A DNA stretch of 64,000 nt from an uncultured Chloroflexia bacterium. Lineage in GTDB: Bacteria; Chloroflexota; Limnocylindria; Limnocylindrales; CSP1-4. Position 1 is the first letter of the stretch, and every line of letters starts with the position of its first letter. The position numbers and the translations under genes were made by a program. The stretch covers positions 55,059 to 119,058 of the forward strand of contig CAVQSY010000003.1 in assembly GCA_963716025.1 (NCBI GenBank), given 5' to 3'. Under the pieces are notes generated by a model. That model saw only the letters and a program-made list of their open reading frames with translations. It was not told where the DNA came from and made no database searches. This document shows, piece after piece, positions 56,558-64,000 of the stretch.

Positions 56558-57849
56558 CTAGAAGTGGGTCGTGCACCAGGGCGGATCGGCGGTCCGGAAC
56601 AGGCCGTCAGCGTCGCCAAGCGCACCCGGCCGATGCTCCTCGTACCCGGTGCTCAGGGCGACGTGCGCAAGGCGCGTGCCGCCGAGGTAGGCTCCAGACA
56701 GCGCCGCGACCGGAACCGTGAGGTCCGGTGGACGGTCCGTCGGGCGGCACGATGCGCCCTCTGGCCCGACCTCGAGCAGGAGACGCGACGTCCCGCCCCA
56801 CATCGGATCGTCGATCACCTCGATGACCACGCGCCCGGTTCGCGCATAGGCCCGTGCCTCCAGGGCACGCGGCACGTCGAACAGCCGGACCCAGAGCCGT
56901 CGACCCAGTCCGTGACCCGGGCTGCCCGGGCATTCGTGAGCAGCCATGGGAACCGCTCGGATTCGCGGCGGTCGGGCAGCCTGACGGTCGCCAGCAGGTC
57001 GAGGTCGAGCACGAACCGGAGCAGGTCGTCCTCTGCGGTGTCGGTGAGGGCGTGGAGCTCGTTGACCTCCACCACGCCCATCGGCAAGCCCTGCTGCCAC
57101 TTCGGGTCCGCCTTCCAGCGGACGTACCCGTCGACCGCGCCCGACGGGGCGCGGTGGAGCGCGACAAACCCGTTCCAGCGCTCGCCCCAGGGCTCGTCAC
57201 GCAGGCCGAACGCCCGGTCCCAGGTGGAGTCGCGGCGCCGGATCTCGCCGGGCTGGCGGAGCCGCCACGCGTCGAAGACGGCGGCGCTGGCATCGCGGCT
57301 GGCCGGTGCCGCCGGGACGAGCTCGACGGCGCCGCCGAGCTCGCCGTGGGAGCCTTCTGGCTCGCCGTGGGAGCCGTCTGGCTCGCCCGCGGAACCGCCG
57401 GGCTCGCCACGGAGCCGGGTCGCGCGGGCGTCGATCGTGTACTCCACCTGACGCGTCGCCGGCGCGTAGCCGAGCCGTCCGTAGATGCCGTACTCGGCCG
57501 CGTAGAGCAGCGCCACGGGCTCCCCGCGCTCACGCAGGGCCGCGTGCTCGCGGGCCGCGAGGGCCGTCATGATCCCGCGTCGCCGGTGCGTCGGGAGCAC
57601 GGTGACGGCCGACACGGCCGATGCAGGCAGACGTCGCAGGCCGGGGGCCGTCACCTCCGTGGGAAAGGAGCGAAACGTCCCGACCACCCGGTCCCCGTCG
57701 AACGCGAGCCACACGCGGTCCGGGTCCCAGTTGGCCCGCATGCTCTCCGCCACGGCGCGGTTGTCGGGCCGCTCCATGAACGCGGTGGTGATGACGTCGA
57801 CGGCCGCCTCGTAGTCGTCCGGCGAGGCGTTCCGGATCTCGATCGCCAT
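56558..57849 (-). pseudogene. Eis-like GNAT acetyltransferase (GNAT plus SCP2-like C-terminus) with a 1-nt deletion near 56898
   Basis: MAIEIRNASPDDYEAAVDVITTAFM...VTVLPTHRRRGIMTALAAREHAALRERGEPVALLYAAEYGIYGRLGY (ORF 56815..58008). The frame then switches to LWVRLFDVPRALEARAY...GGTRLAHVALSTG (ORF 56558..57100). Confidence 0.75.
57340..57416. repeat. tandem repeat, 21-bp unit CTCGCCGTGGGAGCCTTCTGG, about 3.6 copies
   Basis: Units at 57340, 57361, 57382 and 57403 (partial). In frame in the Eis-like gene, giving GEPGGSAGEPDGSHGEPEGSHGE. Confidence 0.85.
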
Positions 57850-57920
57850 GCCATCGACTCTAGCACCGGGCGGGGTCGCGCTAGACTTGCCACGTTCGTG
57901 GACAGTGGAGGAATGAGCGC

Positions 57921-59138
57921 TTGACCAACGAGAGTCGGCAGTCCGACGACCTGCGGTTGCCGGACGGCCGGATCCTCGTGCACATCGGGCCGCACAAGAC
58001 CGGGACAACGTCGCTCCAGGCCGCCCTGTTCACCGCACGGCCGTCCCTCCGCGAGCAGGGCGTTCACCATGCCGGCTGGTCCCGGAACCCGGCCCCGCGC
58101 CATCCAGTCGGTGACCGGCCAGGTCTCCGCCTGGAGTGACACCCCTCCTCCCATCCGCGGCTGGCTGAACCTGGAAAGGACATCCACCGCGCGCAGCCCG
58201 ACCGCGTCATCCTGAGCAGCGAGTTCCTTGCCCACGCGCGGCCCGACGTGGTGCGCCGGGTCGTGGACGACCTGGGCCGGGACCGGGTCCACGTGGTGAC
58301 CACCCTGCGGCCGATCGCCAGGATCCTGCCCTCGATGTGGCAGCAGAGCATCAGGGCGGGACGGACCACAGCCTTCGACGCCTGGCTCCGTCGCCTGTTC
58401 GCGACGGACCAGCCGCCGGCGGGCTTCTGGACCCTCCAGGAGCACGATGCGCTGATCCGGCGATGGGCCGATGCGGTGGGCATCGACCGCGTCACGGCCG
58501 TCGTGCTCGATGAGGGCGATCGCGAGATGGTGATGCGCACGTTCGAGCGGATCCTCGGCCTGCGGCCAGGCACGCTGCAGTCCGTCTCCGGGCTCGCCAA
58601 CCGGTCGATCTCCGCGGAGGAGGCCGAGGCCATTCGGGCCTACAACATCGCGCACCGGCACGCCGGCCTGGGCAAGGCGATGCACGCCCTGGTCATGCGC
58701 TTCGGTGCGGCGCAGTACCTGTGCCGCCTGGATGCGTCCGAGGGCGGCACCACGATCCGGCTTCCGGGTTGGGTGCTCGATGACGTCGCCCGCAAGGCCG
58801 ACGCGATCGTATCGGGCATCCGGGCGTCCGGGGTGCGCGTGGTCGGAGACCTGGACCGGCTGCTCGAGGTGCCCGGGCCGCCGAGCCTGGAGGACGAGAC
58901 GCTCCCCGAGGACGTGCCGCCCGAGGTTGCCGCACGCATCGCCATGGGGATCCTGATCGCGAGCGGGCGGACGCGGCTCGACGGGGCGGTCGAAGACGAG
59001 GAGATCGCCGAGGTCGTGTCGGCGATTGCCTCACGGCAGCTCGCCGCCGCCGTGAGCCTGCGAACCCGCGCATCGCTGTGCCGAAAGCGAGATCGGGGCC
59101 TGCAGCTCCTGACGGGCGGGCTCGAGCGCGCCGGCCGG
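57921..59138 (+). pseudogene. paralog A of an uncharacterised sulfotransferase-like P-loop family (3' end approximate)
   Basis: GGAGGA then TTG at 57921. LPDGRILVHIGPHKTGTTSLQAALF...GVHHAG. The frame changes at about 58101 and returns at about 58179. Then VILSSEFLAHARPDVVRRVVDDLGRDRVHVVTTLRPIARILPSMWQQSIRAG...ANRSISAEEAEAIRAYN...SGVRVVGDLDRL...VAARIAMGILIASG. There is no stop before paralog B in this frame. Confidence 0.6.
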
Positions 59139-60475
59139 GTGATCCGGCCGCCCGCAGGACAGGATGCCTCGCCCGCGGCAACAGCACCGGCGGGAGCCGG
59201 TGCGGCGCACCACCCGGACGCGCTTCCGGCGGGCACGATCCTCGTCCACATCGGGCCGCCCAAGACCGGGACGACCGCGGTCCAGGCGGCGTTCGACGAG
59301 GCCCGTGCGCGGACCGCGGCGCAGGGCGTGCACTATGCGGGCCGGCGACGGCACTCGATCTCCGCGGTCCAGGCCGTGCTCCTCCGGCGCGGGATCAAGT
59401 CCGAGACCGTCCCGCCGATGGGTGCCCTGGAACCGGCTGCTCGAGCGAGATCCGCCACACCGCCGCGGGCCGGGTGGTCCTGAGCAGCGAGTTCTTCGCC
59501 GACGCGACGCCCGACGGATCCGGGCCGTGGTCGATGCGCTGGGGCCGGACCGCGTGCAGGTGTCGTGGTGACCCTGCGGCCGCTTGCGAGGGTCATCCCA
59601 AGTCAATGGCAGCAGTACGTCCAGAGCGGACTCAAGACGAGCTACGCCTCCTGGCTGGATGCCATGCTCAACCGGCCGCCCGGCAAGCTGTCGCCGTCCT
59701 TCTGGCATCGCCATCGCCACGACGAGCTGATCGCCCGCTGGGCTGCAGTGGTTGGCCCCGATCGAGTGACCGCCATCGTCGTCGACGAGGGTTCCCGCGA
59801 GTCGATCCTGCGCCAGTTCGAGCAGCTCGCCGGACTGGAGGAGGGCACCCTCCGCCTCCAGGAATTGCTCCAGAACCGGTCGCTGACGTTCGAGGAGGTT
59901 GAGGCCGTCCGCGCGCTGAACGTGGCCTTCGCCGCCGCCGGACTCCGGCGACCGCTGCATGCCGAGATCGTCAACTTCGGCGCGACGGAGCACCTCAAGA
60001 TCGTTCCGCCCGAGTCCGGGACGACACGCATGGAGCTGCCCGCGTGGGCGGCCGCACGGGTGAGCGAGATCTCGCAGGAGGTGGCGGCCGGCATCACCGC
60101 CTCGGGGGTGCGGGTGATCGGGGACCTGGACCACCTGCGTGAGGTCGTGGCCGGTGGGGGCACCGGACCCGGGCGGAGCCTGTTCGCATTCCAGTCTCGG
60201 TGGCGGCGCGCCTGATGCTGGGGGTCCTGCTCGCGACCGGCCTCGTTCCCGACGGGCTCAGGACCCTGGAGCGGATCGCGACACCGGCGCCCGCGGCCGG
60301 GCGTGGAGGCCGGGGCGGCCGCAGGGATCGCGTCCCGACACCGCGCACGATCGGTCCCCGGATGGCCGAGCCGATCGAGATCGCTCGCGTCCCCACCCGG
60401 CGCCTCGTCGGCATCCTCGCCAGGCGGGGCCGCACGCGCTCGCTGACCGCCCGACTTCGGAAGCATGGCGCCTGA
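59139..60475 (+). pseudogene. paralog B of the same family (5' end approximate; at least five frame changes)
   Basis: LPAGTILVHIGPPKTGTTAVQAAFDEARARTAAQGVHYAG | AWNRLLERD | GRVVLSSEFFADATPDG | IRAVVDALGPDRVQV | VTLRPLARVIPSQWQQYVQSG...QNRSLTFEEVEAVRALN...SGVRVIGDLDHL | VAARLMLGVLLATG...LTARLRKHGA. The pieces come from ORFs 58248.., 59164.., 59078.., 59565.. and 60200.. Confidence 0.6.
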
Positions 60476-61681
60476 CGCCCTGCCCCCGGTCACGGTCGGC
60501 GCGAGCGCGCCGCCGCGCATCGAGCCTTTCCCGGTCGGGACCCGCCTCCTGCACATCGGGCCTCCCAAGACGGGAACGACGTCCCTCCAAGCCGCGTTCT
60601 GGGCCGCCCGCGAAGACGCCCTTTCGCAGGGCGTGCGCGACGCAGGCTCGAGCCGCCATCCTCGAGGGCGGTCCTCGCGGTCACCGTACGGATGTCCTTC
60701 GCCGAGGACCGGGCGACCCCGGACATCGGGCACTGGGAGCGCCTGCTCGCCGAGATCCGTGGGCGCCCGAGCCTCGTGTCGTCCTCAGCAGCGAGGGCTT
60801 CTCGTACGCGAGCGAAGCGGCGCGGGACCGCGTCATCACGGACCTCGATCCCGGTCGCGTCCACGTGGTCGTGACGCTGCGGCCGATCCGAAGGCTGCTG
60901 GCATCGGAATGGCAGGAGCACACGCAGAGCGGCCTGCGAGTGCCGTTCGACGACTGGCTCGACCAGCTGTTCAATCGGCCCGACACGAGGATCGCGCGGG
61001 CATTCTGGTGGCGGCAGCGCCACGACCGACTGGTCGAGCGGTGGGGATCCCCGGTCGGGATGGACCGGGTGACCGCGGTGGTGGCCGACGTCGCCTACCC
61101 CGAGCGCCTGTACTGGGTGTTCGGCGTCCACCGGGCTGCGGCAGGGGACGCTCGTCCCCGACCCCAGCCTCGCGAACCGGTCGCTCACGCTCGAGGAGAT
61201 CGTCGCGATCCGCGCCCTCGCGGAGCGGTTCGACGCCGAAGGCTTGAGCATGGCCGCCTTCCACCGGGTGGCCCGCATGAAGATTGCCGCCTACATGAAG
61301 CGGCGCCAGCCGGCCGTCGGCGAGGCGCGGATCGAGACGCCGCAATGGGCGCTCGACCGTGCCGGGGAGGTCGCCCGGGAGGTCGTGGCCGGCGTTGCCG
61401 CGTCCGGGGCCCGCGTCGTCGGCGATCTCGAGCTCCTGAAATCGCAGCCCGGGAGCGGCAGCCACGGCGAGCGGCTGCCGGAGGTGCCCGTCTCGCCCGA
61501 GGTCGCCGCCTGGGATGGCCATGGGCGCGGTGATGGTGGCTTACCTGGCGGAGCCCGGCGGACGCAGGCGGGCCGGAGCGTCGGTGGACCTGGCCTCGGT
61601 GCCGACGCCTTGCCTCGCCCGGACCCTCGCGGGAAGGGCGAGGCGCTTCGTCACCCGGCGCCTCGGACGCGGCCGGCCTGA
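60465..61681 (+). pseudogene. paralog C of the same family (at least four frame changes; 3' end approximate)
   Basis: The ATG at 60465 overlaps the paralog B stop (60473-60475). PVGTRLLHIGPPKTGTTSLQAAFWAAREDALSQGVR | MSFAEDRATPDIGHWERLLAEIRG | VVLSSEGFSYASEAARDRVITDLDPGRVHVVVTLRPIRRLLASEWQEHTQSG | ANRSLTLEEIVAIRAL(hand-read)...SGARVVGDLELL | MAMGAVMVAYL. Confidence 0.6.
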
Positions 61682-61693
61682 CCGTCACGACGC

Positions 61694-63066
61694 TCAGGCG
61701 CCCAGCCGGTCGACCGGCCTCCGGATGCGGGCGACGGCCACCTCGACCGTCGTGATGGTCGTGTCCACCACGACGTCCGCGTCGTCTGGCGCCTCGCAGG
61801 CCTACGAGATGCCGGTGAAGTCCGCGACCTCGCCGGCCCGGCCCTCGCGTAGAGGCCCTTCCGGTCGCGGGCCTCGCACACCTCGAGCGGGGTGCTCACC
61901 CAGACCAGCAGGAACGCGCCATTCGCCTCGGCCATGGCCCGCACCCGGGCCCGCGAGGACGCGAACGGGGCGATGGGTGCCGCGACGGCAATCCCGCCGT
62001 GGCGGCGAGCTGCGCAGCCACCCAGCCGATGCGTTCCACGTTGCGCTCCCGGGACGCCCCGTCGAAGCCCAGCTCCGCCGAGAAGTGCTGGCGGATCTCG
62101 TCGCCATCGAGGAGTGTCACGGGACGGGCACCCCCATCGAGCAGGTCCTCGACCAGGGCCCGGGCGATCGCGGACTTTCCCGAACCGGACAGGCCGCTGA
62201 ACAGCACGACGGCCCCGCCTGGCGGGGTCCCCGATCGAGCGCGCAGGATCTCGGCGGCCGACGCCTCCGGGGAGATGGCCCGCACCGCCCGCCCCCAGGC
62301 GCCCGCGAGCGACGAGATCGGTCGAGCTCCTCGGCGGTTCGCAGCGCGGACAGGGCAATGGTGCGCGTCGCTCCGTATGCCTCGAGGACCTCGGGGAGGG
62401 ATGGTGACCGCCAGCCGGCCGGCACCGGACCGGAGGGGGAAAAAACGGGGTCACCACGGGGACGACCGGCGTCCCGTGTATCTGCTCACCGAGGGCCTGG
62501 GCCGCCGCCACCGCGGCCCGGGTCAGGCCGGCCCAACTCACCGACCCCGCGGGCCGGTGCCGTCGCGCCACCGGGATCGCCAGCAGGACGGCCCCCGGCC
62601 GGGCTCCCTCGAGGATGCCGGCCGCCCGGTCGAGATCGGCCAGCGTGGGCACGTCGTCGACGACGAGCGCCGTGATCGGCTCCGCCGAGGCCACCGTCCC
62701 GATTCGGGCCTGGACGGCGGCGACCGACAACCGCAGCGCCGGATCCCAGTGCGGCCCTCCATGGGGAGCGAACGGACGTACTGGCTCGAGGATCCTCCTG
62801 CCGGCGACCGTCGACAGGCGGGCCAGGCGCGCGTTCTCCGCGTCGGTGAGCACGACGCCGTCCTCACCCGGATCGATCCCGGCCGGGGGCGTCGGGTGCC
62901 GGCACCGCGCCACCGAGGGCGAGCTCGAGGAGATCCAGGCCCACGTCGTCGAGGACGATCTTCTACTGCGGCCTCCTCGGGGGACGCTTCGGACAGGCGC
63001 GCCCTTGCCTCGGCCCGGCGGCCTTCGCTGCTCCTGTCGCCCGGGCGCGAGATGCCCGGGCCCCAT
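61694..63066 (-). pseudogene. cysC: adenylyl-sulfate (APS) kinase fused to an N-terminal degenerate ATP-sulfurylase-like domain; multiple frameshifts plus an in-frame TAG
   Basis: The APS kinase core is clear. GGAVVLFSGLSGSGKSAIARALVEDLLDGGARPVTLLDGDEIRQHFSAELGFDGASRERNVERIGWVAAQLA (ORF 61896..62285). GGIAVAAPIAPFASSRARVRAMAEANGAFLLVWVSTPLEVCEARDRKGLYARA (ORF 61651..63066). RAGEVADFTGIS-TAG-ACEAPDDADVVVDT (TAG at 61802-61804). The N-terminal roughly 260 aa (LDDVGLDLLELALGGA, GVVLTDAENARLARLS, AVLLAIPVARR) resemble Sat, but I cannot find the catalytic motifs. The start is uncertain. Confidence 0.7.
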
Positions 63067-63084
63067 TGCGGATCAGGATCGAGA

Positions 63085-63943
63085 TCAGGCTGCCGAGCCC
63101 GACGGTGCAGCCACGGCGGCCAGCAGGACGATCTCATTGCTGAACCCCAGCAGCTTGAGCGACGACGAGAGCAGCAGCACCGCGAGCACGCGCCGGATGA
63201 TGCCGCCGGGGGCGCGGGTGGAGACCTGGGCCCCGAACCAGGCGCCGGGGATCGCCCCGAACAGCAGCGAGAACGCGACGGCGAACGAGAAGCTGCCGAA
63301 CAGCATGTGGCCGGCAGCTGCCGAGCCCACCAGCGGGATCGCCTGGACGAGGTCGGTACCGACCAGCGCCGACGCCTGCAGGGCGGGGTGCATCATCAGC
63401 AGCCCGACCACGATGATCGATCCCGCGCCGACCGAGGTCAGGCCCACCATGAACCCGGCAACCGCCCCCAGGAGGACGGTCCGGATCGGCTTGAGGACCA
63501 CGGCCGGCTTCTTGGGCACGCCCGCGATGCCCTCGCCCAGGGGCAAGCCGCCGGCTCCACATCTGGATCAGCGCGCGGCTGATCAACCCGATGGTCGCCA
63601 GCATCAGGGCGAGCCCGCAGCCACGCTTGAGCCACAGATCGAGGTCGACGTCGGGGGGCACCTGGCTGATCAGCCAGGCCCCGGAGAACGCTGCCGGCAC
63701 GGAGCCCACGCACAGCCAGGCCACCAGCTTGAGGTTGACCGTTCCATGCCGGAGGCGGGCCCATGCCCCCACCGGCTTCATGAACAGGTTCACCACGATG
63801 TCGCTCGAGATCGCCGTCAGCGGGTCAACGCCGAACAGGAACACGAGCATTGGCGTCATCAGCGCCCCGCCACCCATCCCCGTGAGGCCGACGTCGGTGC
63901 CCACCAGGAGCCCCCCGATGGCCAGCGGCAGATCGAACGTCAT
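63085..63943 (-). pseudogene. TauE/SafE (DUF81) family anion exporter with one frameshift near 63540
   Basis: MTFDLPLAIGGLLVGTDVGLTGMGGGALMTPMLVFLFGVDPLTAISSDIV (ORF 63134..63985) joins ...AVAGFMVGLTSVGAGSIIVVGLLMMHP...FGAIPGAWFGAQVSTRAPGGIIRRVLAVLLL (ORF 63085..63546). Confidence 0.75.
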
Positions 63944-64000
63944 GGGCGCGCGACCGCGCTGCCGGGCGTGGAGGGTGCAGGACATGCGCGGATGATAACT

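Noticed and set aside
58137-58139. In-frame TGA in paralog A as possible selenocysteine or programmed readthrough. The same question applies to the TAG at 61802 in cysC.
   Set aside because: The paralog alignment shows that the conserved protein is read in another frame across the TGA, which indicates a compensating frameshift pair. No SECIS-like hairpin is evident. The TAG sits among several substituted codons of a conserved motif, which is typical of decay.

Overview
Very GC-rich bacterial chromosomal segment (about 70% GC or more by eye, not computed). The gene content looks actinobacterial: a suf operon with an embedded Rieske gene, an F420-type LLM oxidoreductase, an Eis-like GNAT, a LAL-type LuxR regulator and many lipoproteins. 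A GC-rich Chloroflexota-like origin cannot be excluded. I found no rRNA, tRNA, CRISPR array, transposase or integrase. Core genes: proS (badly broken), a PiT phosphate transporter with its DUF47 partner, a GH15 hydrolase, an orphan PhoP/RegX3-like response regulator, gltX, a DtxR-family regulator, two J-domain proteins, asparaginase II, upp, mdh, pckA, two lgt-type genes, plsC-like, an Lrp regulator, manA-like, an MbfA-like ferritin/VIT1 fusion, ornithine cyclodeaminase, penicillin acylase, and a truncated suf operon (sufB-sufD-Rieske only). Accessory content: (i) a MarR/MacAB-type efflux operon followed by a lipoprotein with three repeated modules; (ii) a reductive pyrimidine-catabolism set (beta-ureidopropionase, dihydropyrimidinase, class III aminotransferase) with an LLM/F420-type oxidoreductase and no classical dihydropyrimidine dehydrogenase; (iii) a LAL regulator with a coupled small HTH protein, flanked by uncharacterised lipoproteins; (iv) at 57.9-63.9 kb, the most unusual region: three tandem paralogous genes with a sulfotransferase-like P-loop (HIGPxKTGTTxLQ). 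They converge on a Sat-like/CysC (APS kinase) fusion and a TauE/SafE exporter. I read this as an undescribed sulfation module, and it is heavily degraded. Two window-wide features stand out. First, I hand-counted about 30 reading-frame breaks, concentrated in proS and the sulfation block, while roughly 45 kb of other genes are intact. Second, there are many perfect GC-rich tandem repeats (13, 15, 18, 21 and 32 bp units), several of them in frame at protein termini or at operon break points. All functional calls come from reading the supplied translations and my own hand translations. No database search was run.
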